Positions 45,900 to 55,307 of a DNA stretch of 64,000 nucleotides are shown here, in pieces. Under the pieces are notes generated by a model. That model did no database searches. It had not been told where the DNA came from and saw only the letters and a program-made list of their open reading frames with translations. The stretch's first letter is position 1. Every line of letters starts with the position of its first letter. The stretch is from Christensenellales bacterium. GTDB lineage: Bacteria > Bacillota > Clostridia > Christensenellales > CAG-138. A program made the position numbers and the translations under genes. The stretch covers positions 1,486,888 through 1,550,887 of the forward strand of contig JAXGNN010000001.1 in the NCBI GenBank assembly GCA_040767925.1, read 5' to 3'.

Positions 45900-45996
45900 G
45901 GCCGTTATTTGGCACAGTATTTCCGTTAGTCTGACGATGATTTTTGCTTGGTAAGTTAAACAAGATATAACAGACTTCGCTTTATGGAGGATACGA

Positions 45997-48561
45997 ATGA
46001 ATAAGCAACAACTTGCAAATAAAATCTGGGAATCTGCGAACAAAATGCGTTCCAAGATTGAAGCGAATGAATACAAGGACTATATTCTTGGCTTCATATT
46101 TTACAAATACCTCTCTGATACAGAGATAAAGTTCCTAAAGGAAAATGACTACACCGACGACTTACTCCCAACCGTGACTGAGGAAAATCCCGATAGAGTA
46201 AAATGGGTGCAACAAAACATAGGGTATTTTATTTCCTATACTGACCTCTTTTCGACATGGATCAATATGGGAAAAGACTTTGATGTATCAAATGTGCGTG
46301 ATGCGTTATCTGCTTTCAGTCGCTTAATCAGCCCATCACATAAGAAGGTGTTTGACGGTGTACTTGACACGCTTCAAACGGGACTGAGCAAACTCGGCGA
46401 CAGCTCCGGCTCTCAGACAAAATCCATCAGCGGTCTTTTGCAGCTTATCAAGGATATTCCGATGGACGGAAAGCAGGACTATGATGTTCTTGGCTTCATC
46501 TATGAGTATCTGATAAGTATGTTTGCTGCAAACGCAGGAAAAAAAGCCGGAGAGTTCTATACGCCCCACGAAGTATCCCTCTTGATGTCAGAAATTGTCG
46601 CTAACCATTTGAAGGGGAAAACCGAAATCAAGATTTACGACCCGACAAGCGGCTCCGGTTCCTTACTGATAAACATCGGACGGAGCGTAGCAAAGTATAT
46701 CAGTGACTCCGACAACATCAAATACTATGCTCAAGAATTGAAAGAAAACACCTATAACCTCACTCGCATGAATCTCGTTATGCGTGGCATTAAGCCTGAT
46801 AACATCGTAACGCGAAATGGGGATACGCTTGAGGAGGACTGGCCGTATTTCGATGAAAACGACCCGGTAAATACATATAACCCTCTTTATGTGGATGCTG
46901 TTGTATCAAATCCTCCATATTCGCAAGTATGGGATCCGACCAACAAAGAGGCTGATCCTCGCTATGCCCGTTTTGGTCTTGCCCCCAAAGGAAAAGCTGA
47001 CTATGCTTTCCTGCTTCACGACCTGTTCCATATCAGACCGGATGGAATTATGACCATTGTTCTTCCGCACGGTGTCCTTTTCCGTGGCGGTGAAGAAGGT
47101 ACTATCCGCAAAAACCTGATTGAAAATAACCATATTGACACAATTATCGGGCTTCCCGCCAATATCTTTTTCGGCACAGGCATCCCAACAATCATTGTGG
47201 TGTTAAAGCAAAAGCGCGAGAATACCGATGTATTGATTGTTGACGCTTCCAAAGGCTTCATCAAGGAAGGCAAAAACAACAAGCTGAGGGCTTCTGACAT
47301 TAAGAGAATTGCGGATACCGTAACAGAGCGAATCAGCGTCCCGAAGTTCTCGAGAGTTGTTAGCCGCGAAGAAATACGCGGCAACGAGTACAATTTGAAT
47401 ATCCCTCGCTATGTAGATTCTTCAGAGAGTGCAGAAAGCTGGGACATCTATGCTTCTATGTTTGGAGGAATCCCGAAAAGCGAGATTGATGAGATGTCTG
47501 CCTTTTGGACTGCATTTCCCAATTTGAAGGCGGCTTTGTTTGATGATGACGGAACTCCGTATGTAAGTGTTGCCGCAACTGATATAAAGTCGGCTATCAA
47601 AACAAACGCTGATGTTGTCAGCTTTGAAAGTGGGTTTAATTCAGCCTTTTCAAGTTTTCCTGCTTTCCTGAAACAGACTTTGATTGACGGAGTTTCTTCG
47701 GTGGAGATCAACCGAGCCGAAGCGGTCATCAGCGAAGATATTTTCGCTCGTTTGGCAGGTATTCCGCTTATAGACAGATATGAAGCCTATCAGCTGTTGT
47801 ACGATGAATGGACACGCATCGCTATCGACTTGGAAATCATTCAGACAGAGGGATTTGCTGCCACGAAAAAGGTTGACCCAAATCTTGTTTTGAAGAAGAA
47901 AGATGGCAAAGACCAAGAGGTACAAGAAGGCTGGGTTGGACATATAATGCCATTTGACCTTGTCCAGTCAACTCTCCTGCGTGAAGAAAAAGCCGAGCTG
48001 TCACAAATGGAAAGTCGCCTTGCTGAAATACCGTCTGCTTACGAAGAAATTGCCGATACTCTTACCGAAGAAGAAAAAGAGGGCGAATTCTATGCCGATG
48101 ATTCATTTGTAGGCAAAGAGATTACAAAGAAACTGAAAGAACTGAGAGCAGATAAATCGCCGGAAGCCATTCAGTTGAAAGAAAAACTGAATCGTGTTGA
48201 TGTGCTTATGCAGGAAGAGAAGGAACTCAAAGCTCTAATCAAGAAAGCCGATGCTGCACTTCAGGCAAAGACGAAAACAACGATTGAGGGGCTAACTGAC
48301 GATCAGGTTCGTATGTTGCTTGAAAAGAAGTGGATTGATACGCTTGTTTCAAACCTTAAAAAGATGCCGGATACCCTGATTGACACTCTTGTAGCTAAAA
48401 TTCTGGCACTTGAAAGCAAGTACAACACTACTTTCTTTGAAGTAGAAACTCAGATTCAGGATACGGAAGCACAATTGGCGTCGATGATTGATGAACTGGA
48501 CGGCAGCGAATTTGATTTGAAAGGACTCGGCGAGTTCAAATCGCTGTTGGCGGGTAAATAA
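45997..48561 (+). CDS. hsdM: Type I R-M methyltransferase subunit HsdM with about 380-aa C-terminal extension
   Basis: HsdM-N region, GEFYTP, DPTSGSGSLL, NPPYS. The usual near-C-terminal NLNIPRYVD lies at about aa 470 of 854. Confidence 0.9.
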   Translation: MNKQQLANKIWESANKMRSKIEANEYKDYILGFIFYKYLSDTEIKFLKENDYTDDLLPTVTEENPDRVKWVQQNIGYFISYTDLFSTWINMGKDFDVSNVRDALSAFSRLISPSHKKVFDGVLDTLQTGLSKLGDSSGSQTKSISGLLQLIKDIPMDGKQDYDVLGFIYEYLISMFAANAGKKAGEFYTPHEVSLLMSEIVANHLKGKTEIKIYDPTSGSGSLLINIGRSVAKYISDSDNIKYYAQELKENTYNLTRMNLVMRGIKPDNIVTRNGDTLEEDWPYFDENDPVNTYNPLYVDAVVSNPPYSQVWDPTNKEADPRYARFGLAPKGKADYAFLLHDLFHIRPDGIMTIVLPHGVLFRGGEEGTIRKNLIENNHIDTIIGLPANIFFGTGIPTIIVVLKQKRENTDVLIVDASKGFIKEGKNNKLRASDIKRIADTVTERISVPKFSRVVSREEIRGNEYNLNIPRYVDSSESAESWDIYASMFGGIPKSEIDEMSAFWTAFPNLKAALFDDDGTPYVSVAATDIKSAIKTNADVVSFESGFNSAFSSFPAFLKQTLIDGVSSVEINRAEAVISEDIFARLAGIPLIDRYEAYQLLYDEWTRIAIDLEIIQTEGFAATKKVDPNLVLKKKDGKDQEVQEGWVGHIMPFDLVQSTLLREEKAELSQMESRLAEIPSAYEEIADTLTEEEKEGEFYADDSFVGKEITKKLKELRADKSPEAIQLKEKLNRVDVLMQEEKELKALIKKADAALQAKTKTTIEGLTDDQVRMLLEKKWIDTLVSNLKKMPDTLIDTLVAKILALESKYNTTFFEVETQIQDTEAQLASMIDELDGSEFDLKGLGEFKSLLAGK

Positions 48562-49769
48562 TGATGGAAAACACGAAAAAACCTGCTATCAGATTCAAAG
48601 GTTATACGGAAGCTTGGGAACAGCGTAAGGTTGGAGAACTGGCTTCTGTGTCGATGAACAGAAGAATATTTAAGGAACAAACGACGGAAGCTGGAGATGT
48701 CCCATTCTTCAAAATCGGAACCTTTGGAGGAACGCCCGACGCCTATATTTCAAGAAAACTTTTTGAGGAATACAAAGAGAAATATCCATATCCAAAAGTT
48801 GGGGACATCTTAATTTCTGCGTCTGGAAGTATTGGCAGAACCGTTGAATATAGCGGAAAAGACGAGTATTTTCAAGACTCCAACATAGTATGGCTCAATC
48901 ACGACGAACAAATAGATAACTCTTTTTTGAAATGCTTTTACGCCGTTGTAAAGTGGGCTGGAATTGAAGGCAGTACCATCAAGCGACTGTATAATGACAA
49001 TATTTTAAGTACGGAAATCTGCTTGCCAACAGTTGAAGAACAGCAGCAAATCGGAACATATTTCAAGCAACTCGACCACCTTATCACCCTTCATCAGCGT
49101 AAGAGTGACAGATTGCAGAATGTCAAGAAGTCGATGCTTGAAAAAATGTTTCCAAAATCCGGAAGCATATTTCCTGAAATACGTTTCAAGGGATTTACTG
49201 ATGCTTGGGAACAGCGTAAGCTATCCGACATAGCAACAGAAGTTAACAGGAATGACCCGGAATCTTCTGCTCCCATAATGATGATAACTGCAAATAATGG
49301 GTTTATCGAACAGTCGGAAAGGTATGCTTTTAACAACGCTGGCGAAAGTCTAAAGAAATATATTCTGCTTAAAAGAGGTGAGCTAGCGTATAATCACGGC
49401 GCATCCAAGCTCCGCCCTTATGGTTCCTGCTTTTCATTAACAACAGCCGAAAACGCTCGTATCCCCTTTGTTTATCACTGTTTTGCAATAGGAGAAAACG
49501 ATCCGGAATTTGTATCTACGGAGCTGAATGGTTCGAGAATTGAAGGACAGCTCAGGAAGATTGTTTCCTCCGGTGCGAGGATGGATGGGCTGCTCAATAT
49601 TTCGTTTGAAGAATACAGCTGTGTTGAACTTATGCTTCCAAGCGTACCCGAACAAGAAATGATTTCAACCTTTTTTCGTAGCATCGACAACCTTATCACC
49701 CTTCATCAGCGTAAGTTGGAAAAGCTAAAAAACATCAAAAAGTCAATGCTTGAAAAGATGTTTGTATGA
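48561..49769 (+). CDS. hsdS: Type I R-M specificity subunit HsdS (two TRDs, expressed copy)
   Basis: The start overlaps the hsdM stop. Conserved blocks FKGYTEAWEQRK / FKGFTDAWEQRK and LITLHQRK...KKSMLEKMF occur twice. Confidence 0.9.
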   Translation: MMENTKKPAIRFKGYTEAWEQRKVGELASVSMNRRIFKEQTTEAGDVPFFKIGTFGGTPDAYISRKLFEEYKEKYPYPKVGDILISASGSIGRTVEYSGKDEYFQDSNIVWLNHDEQIDNSFLKCFYAVVKWAGIEGSTIKRLYNDNILSTEICLPTVEEQQQIGTYFKQLDHLITLHQRKSDRLQNVKKSMLEKMFPKSGSIFPEIRFKGFTDAWEQRKLSDIATEVNRNDPESSAPIMMITANNGFIEQSERYAFNNAGESLKKYILLKRGELAYNHGASKLRPYGSCFSLTTAENARIPFVYHCFAIGENDPEFVSTELNGSRIEGQLRKIVSSGARMDGLLNISFEEYSCVELMLPSVPEQEMISTFFRSIDNLITLHQRKLEKLKNIKKSMLEKMFV

Positions 49770-49788
49770 CTTGGAAAGGAGAATCACT

Positions 49789-52700
49789 ATGGCATTTACA
49801 AAAGAAGCTGATTTTGAAGAAGCTTTAATTAAAATCCTTTCCAACAAAGGATGGGAAAAAGAAGTTCTGAGCCATCCAACGGAGCAGGACTTGATAGATA
49901 ACTGGGCAAAAATCCTCTACGAGAATAACAGAGGAATTGACAGATTGAACAACTATCCGCTTACAAACAGCGAAATGCAGCAGATTATTGATCAAATCAA
50001 CACTCTGCGCACTCCCTTGAAGTTGAACAGCTTTATCAACGGTAAAACCGTTTCTATCAAGAGAGATAACCCTGATGATGCTGCCCATTTAGGCAAGGAA
50101 GTCAGCCTGAAAATCTATGACCGCAGAGAAATCGCAGCTGGCCAAAGTCGTTATCAAATTGTTCAGCAACCCCTCTTTCCAACGAAGTCAAAGATACTCA
50201 ATGATCGCCGTGGGGATTTAATTCTCCTGATTAACGGAATGCCTGTCATTCATATCGAACTAAAGAAAAGCGGTATTCCGGTCAGTCAAGCGTGTAATCA
50301 GATTGAGAAGTATGCTCACGAGGGTATTTTCACAGGATTGTTTTCGCTTGTGCAAATCTTCGTTGCTATGACACCGGAAAGCAGCAGATACTTTGCAAAT
50401 CCGGGTCCGGACGGGAAATTCAACGCTGACTATTACTTCAACTGGGCGGATTTTGATAACGAGCCGATAAACGACTGGAAAGTTATTGCCTCCAATCTAC
50501 TGTCTATCCCGATGGCTCATCAGATGATCGGCTTCTACACGGTTGCCGACAACTCCGATGGGATTTTGAAAGTGATGCGCAGCTATCAGTTCTATGCTGC
50601 AAGTGCGATCTCTGATAAGGTATCTAAAACCCACTGGGAAAAAGGAAACCAGCGTGGCGGATACATCTGGCACACTACTGGCTCCGGCAAAACAATGACT
50701 TCCTTTAAGTCGGCTCAGTTGATAGCAAACTCCAAAGATGCGGATAAGGTTATCTTTCTTACCGACCGAATCGAGCTTGGCACACAGTCGCTGAAAGAAT
50801 ACAGAGCCTTTGCTGACGAGAACGAAAGTGTTCAGGCTACGGAAAATACATATATCCTCATAACCAAACTAAAGAGTATAGATGCAGCGGACACGCTGAT
50901 AGTCACCTCTATTCAGAAAATGAGCAACATCAAGAGTGAAGAAGGCGGATTGAACGCTAACGATCTTGAAACCATCAACAAGAAACGGATTGTATTTATT
51001 GTTGATGAAGCGCATCGCTCAACTTTTGGAGATATGCTTATTACGATCAAGGAAACATTCTCAAACGCAATCTTCTTTGGTTTTACCGGAACTCCTATTC
51101 AGGAGGAAAATCAAAAGAAAGGCAGCATGACGCTGGATGTTTTCGGGGATGAACTACACAGATACAGTATAGCGGATGGTATCAGAGATAAGAATGTCCT
51201 TGGATTTGACCCTTACAAGGTTTTGACATTCAAAGATTCCGACATTCGCAGACAAGTGGCATTGGGAAAAGCAAAAGCCGCCAATGTTGACGAAGCATTG
51301 AATGACCCCCAAAAAGCATCTGTATACTACAAATACTTGGATACCGCCCATGTCCCGATGGCCTCCTATATCGGAAACGATGGCAAGAAAGTCATAGGAA
51401 TCGAAGATGAAATACCTTTCTCTCAATATAGAACAGAGGAACATAGAGCAAAGGTTGTTGAGGACATTCTCGATAAATGGCAAGACCTGAGCCACAACAG
51501 TAAATTCCATGCTATCTTCGCCACAAGCAGTATTCCGGAAGCCATTGAATACTACCGCGTATTTAAGTCACAGACGCCCAACTTGAAAGTGACTTGTTTG
51601 TTTGACCCGAATATCAGTAACGAAGACGGCGACTATAAGGAGTACAAAGGAACGAAGGTTTCTCTGTTCAAGGAAACAGGGTTGGAAGAAATCATTAGCG
51701 ATTACAATGCTTTGTTTGAACAGGATTTCACCATTGCTTCACACGCTGCCTTTAAGAAGGATATTTCCTTCCGTTTGGCACATAAAGAGCAATACAAATG
51801 GATTGACAGATTTCCCGAGAAGCAGTTAAACCTCTTGATCGTTGTTGACCAAATGCTCACGGGTTTTGACTCCAAGTGGGTGAATACTCTTTATTTGGAT
51901 AAAATGCTTGAGTACGAAAACATCATTCAAGCATTCTCCAGAACCAATCGCTTGTTTGGTCCCGATAAACCGTTTGGTACAATCAGGTATTACCGTAAAC
52001 CGCATACAATGGAAAAGAACATAGAGGCCGCGGTAAAGCTCTACTCCGGAGATAAGCCAATCGGTTTGTTTGTTGAGAAGCTCGGCTACAACATCAAGAA
52101 GATGAATGACGTCTATCAGGAGATTACAAGCCTCTTTGCGAGTGCTGGTGTTCCTGATTTTGAGAAACTTCCTGATGAGCCGTCGGTAAAAGCTAAATTT
52201 GCATCTCTGTACAGAGATTTCAACGCATTCCTCGAAGCTGCAAAGGTACAAGGATTCACTTGGGAAGAATACACTTATATAGACGAGAGTACGGGACAAG
52301 TAATAACCGTAGCTCCAGACTTTAATGAAACCGATTATCTGATTCTTGCACAGAGGTATAAAGAACTCTCTATGTCTGTTGATCCTACTGAATCGGGTGA
52401 TGATGATGTTCCGTATGATTTGGTTGGCTATCTAACCGAAATAGACACTGGTAGAATTGATGCCGATTATATGAACAGCAGATTTGATAAATATCTGAAG
52501 CTCATACATCAGGACAATGCCTCTGTCGAAGCACAGGAGCAAGCACTGAGTGAGTTGCACAAAACCTTTGCCGCGCTAACACAGGATGAACAGAAGTATG
52601 CGAATATCTTTTTGCACGATGTTCAACGTGGAGATGTGGTCGTTGAGGACGGTAAATCCCTGCGTGACTATATAACAGAGTATCAGTATCGAGCAAAGAA

Positions 52701-52956
52701 TGACCAGATTCATCAATTTGCCGTAACCTTCGGAATTGATGAAGATAAACTTCGGAATATGATGAGTTTAAACTTGTCTGAAAACAACATTAATGAGTTT
52801 GGACGTTTTGATGAGTTGAAACGCACCTTTGACAAGGCAAAAGCCAAATCATATTTTGAAAACACAGAAGTGATAATCCTTTCACTCCCCGACGTAAACA
52901 TGAAAATGGATGGTCTTCTTCGAGATTTCATAATAAATGGCGGACGTGAGCTTTAA
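49789..52956 (+). CDS. hsdR: Type I restriction endonuclease subunit HsdR
   Basis: AAGGAG SD before MAFTKEADFEEAL. Nuclease-region DLILLINGMPVIHIELK. TGSGKT, DEAH (VDEAHRS), helicase C. Confidence 0.9.
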   Translation: MAFTKEADFEEALIKILSNKGWEKEVLSHPTEQDLIDNWAKILYENNRGIDRLNNYPLTNSEMQQIIDQINTLRTPLKLNSFINGKTVSIKRDNPDDAAHLGKEVSLKIYDRREIAAGQSRYQIVQQPLFPTKSKILNDRRGDLILLINGMPVIHIELKKSGIPVSQACNQIEKYAHEGIFTGLFSLVQIFVAMTPESSRYFANPGPDGKFNADYYFNWADFDNEPINDWKVIASNLLSIPMAHQMIGFYTVADNSDGILKVMRSYQFYAASAISDKVSKTHWEKGNQRGGYIWHTTGSGKTMTSFKSAQLIANSKDADKVIFLTDRIELGTQSLKEYRAFADENESVQATENTYILITKLKSIDAADTLIVTSIQKMSNIKSEEGGLNANDLETINKKRIVFIVDEAHRSTFGDMLITIKETFSNAIFFGFTGTPIQEENQKKGSMTLDVFGDELHRYSIADGIRDKNVLGFDPYKVLTFKDSDIRRQVALGKAKAANVDEALNDPQKASVYYKYLDTAHVPMASYIGNDGKKVIGIEDEIPFSQYRTEEHRAKVVEDILDKWQDLSHNSKFHAIFATSSIPEAIEYYRVFKSQTPNLKVTCLFDPNISNEDGDYKEYKGTKVSLFKETGLEEIISDYNALFEQDFTIASHAAFKKDISFRLAHKEQYKWIDRFPEKQLNLLIVVDQMLTGFDSKWVNTLYLDKMLEYENIIQAFSRTNRLFGPDKPFGTIRYYRKPHTMEKNIEAAVKLYSGDKPIGLFVEKLGYNIKKMNDVYQEITSLFASAGVPDFEKLPDEPSVKAKFASLYRDFNAFLEAAKVQGFTWEEYTYIDESTGQVITVAPDFNETDYLILAQRYKELSMSVDPTESGDDDVPYDLVGYLTEIDTGRIDADYMNSRFDKYLKLIHQDNASVEAQEQALSELHKTFAALTQDEQKYANIFLHDVQRGDVVVEDGKSLRDYITEYQYRAKNDQIHQFAVTFGIDEDKLRNMMSLNLSENNINEFGRFDELKRTFDKAKAKSYFENTEVIILSLPDVNMKMDGLLRDFIINGGREL

Positions 52957-52970
52957 CATGATGTTCTAAG

Positions 52971-53150
52971 ATGTGCCAAATTACTTGTTTTCAACTGAAT
53001 GATGAATATTATTCAGATATTGCACGAGAGTCAAGGATTTTCCTTGGCTCTTTTCCTTTATCTTGGGAACAGCGTAAGGTTCGAGAAGTTGCCGACAGAT
53101 ATGATATGAGTATTCCGCGCAAGATTGAGCATCGCCACCGGACAAGTTGA
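52971..53150 (+). pseudogene. hsdS: Truncated hsdS 5' remnant (59-aa ORF) in direct orientation
   Basis: ...FPLSWEQRKVREVADRYD, then unrelated sequence and a stop. It carries CTTGGGAACAGCGTAAGGTT at 53062-53081, identical to 48613-48632. Confidence 0.65.
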
Positions 53151-53198
53151 GCATCGATTCCGGCGAGATTGAGCATGGGTTCCGCACAGGTTGAGCAC
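53125..53198 (+). repeat. Four TTGAGCA(T/C) motifs at an exact 22-bp period (iteron-like)
   Basis: Motif starts at 53125, 53147, 53169 and 53191. Unit approximately TTGAGCATSGNNTCCGSNNRRR. Confidence 0.7.
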
Positions 53199-53372
53199 TT
53201 GGTAAAATGTAGGTATGCATCCCCTTGAGGGCTGTAAATACTTACATGGAGGTTTATGTAACTTAGTACAAAACAAAATTAAAGAAGAGTTTGACAATAC
53301 TCTCATAGTCTTTGGCATTTGCCGTCATGTTAAGGAAAGAGAGTTGAAAGTGAATGGAGCTGTCAAAGTAAT

Positions 53373-53801
53373 TTAAGAAATCACACCAACTTTCAAAAAT
53401 GGCGGTCTTATCTTCATTTTGGGCAAGTTGGTAGTTAATATCCTGAAAGCGGATTGTTTCAAAATGGTTTCCCTGCTCATGGCATTGACAAGAGATACTT
53501 CCATGCCTGAAAGTTCAATACTTGCAGGGAGTAAATCTACACCCTCTATATGAGGCAAGATACCCTCTTTATTGATAATGGAAGTATCAGTAATTACTTT
53601 GCCCATAAGAGTGGAAAGGGTTGTTTCAAGCCGGTCAGGTTGTGGATGTCCTAAACTGATAGACAAGCTACCTTGTGGGTCGCTATCTACTAACAGAACC
53701 TTCTTGCCCTCAAGGGCTAAGCCTATGCCCAAGTTGACACAGGTGGTTGTTTTGCCTACGCCACCTTTTTGGTTGGCAATGGCGATGATTTTTGCGTTCA
53801 A
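53373..53801 (-). pseudogene. parA: Truncated second parA (N-terminal about 115 aa conserved, then divergent tail)
   Basis: [44 protein letters not shown]...[10 protein letters not shown] aligns with the ICE ParA. It lacks the IIDCPPSLG region and the C-terminal half. Confidence 0.75.
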
Positions 53802-54056
53802 TTCTGTTCCTCCTTACGATTCTTGGGAATAAAAAAGGAGATAGCTATTAAAAGCTGACTCCTTTTTAAAAAGGGCAATATTCAAATTTATCTATAAAAA
53901 AAGCTGCCTACTCAAAATAAGAGCAAACAACTTTTTGTCGTAATATCCAACTTAGTAATTTGAAATTAAAAATAGATTTTTTAAAACGTTGATATAATCT
54001 TTATACAGGAAATTAGTGATTTAAAATCTTTTATTGCTTGTAACTTAAATTTTTGA

Positions 54057-54164
54057 TTAATTCGCTTTTACAATTGGAACCCATAACTCCATTTCATAGT
54101 CAGGACTATCCATGTTCCCTTCGCTGTAAACCTCAAAATCAGGTGTTGAATACGGCGGCTTGGA
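54057..54164 (-). pseudogene. C-terminal fragment of a GyrI-like (AraC effector-binding) domain gene abutting the IS21 end
   Basis: The - strand reads SKPPYSTPDFEVYSEGNMDSPDYEMELWVPIVKAN*. Confidence 0.55.
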
Positions 54165-54309
54165 ATTGACAGCGGAGGCGGCGAGATTTTACACCTCTGG
54201 GCGGGCCAGATTTACACCTCCGGGCGGCCATATTTTACAGTAGATACCGCTGTAGTAGAATTTGGCTAACGCATCGCAGATGCGAATACGCCAAAGGAGG
54301 GTCATAGAA

Positions 54310-55307
54310 ATGACCAACTACAGAGAGATCCTGCGGTTGAGGAGTCTGGGCCTCAACCACAGCAGGATAGCAGAGAGTATGGGAATTTCCCGTCCAACAG
54401 TAATTGCAGCACTACAGCGAGCTCAGGCTCAGGAGCTAAACTGGCAGACAGCAGAGTCTCTATCGGATATAGATTTGGCTCAGAGGCTTAATCCAGCCGT
54501 TGGAGGTAAGCCCAGCTACAAGCTCCCGGACTACGAGTATATCCATCGCGAATTGGCCAAGCCCGGCATGACACAGCAGTTGCTGTGGTTTGAGTACTGC
54601 GACCAATGCCGCGCATCAGGCGAGATCCCGTACCAACTTACCCAGTTCAAGACTCATTACCGCGAGTACGTAGCAAAAACCAAAGCCACGATGCACATCC
54701 AGCGCAAGCCCGGAGAACTGATGGAGGTAGACTGGGCGGGGCAGACTGCGCATTTGGTCGATGCCGACACAGGCGAACTGCTCGACGCTTACATCTTTGT
54801 CGCAGCGTTGCCGTACAGCGGCTACGCTTATACTGAGGCCTTCATGAACCAGGAGCAGGAGGCGTGGATCACTGCTCACGCCAACGCTTACAGCTTCTTT
54901 GGCGGTGTTACCCGCATCCTCACGCCGGACAACCTGAAAACCGGCGTCATCAAGAATACTCGTTCAGAGCTTGTCCTGAACAAAAGCTACCAGGAGCTGG
55001 CCGAGCATTATGGCACAGCGATTATTCCAGCCCGTGTAAGGTCCCCGAAGGACAAGGCGACGGTAGAAGGCACAGTTGGCAACATCTCATCGTTCATTCT
55101 GGCATCTATTCGAAACCAGACCTTCTTCAGTCTGAAAGAGCTGAACAATGTAATCCGCGAGAAGCTACACGCCTTCAACCATAAGCCGTTTCAGAAGAAG
55201 GACGGTAGCCGGGCGACATGGTTTGCTGAGGAACGTTCCTTTTTGCTTCCCTTACCGCGCAACTCCTACGAGCTGTCAGTCTGGAAAACGGCAACGGTGT
55301 CTTTCAA
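54310..55307 (+). pseudogene. istA: istA transposase, 5' part (interrupted by IS256-like insertion)
   Basis: AAGGAGGG SD before MTNYREILRLRSLGLNHSRIAESMGISRPTV. The reading frame is broken at 55307/55308. Confidence 0.85.
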
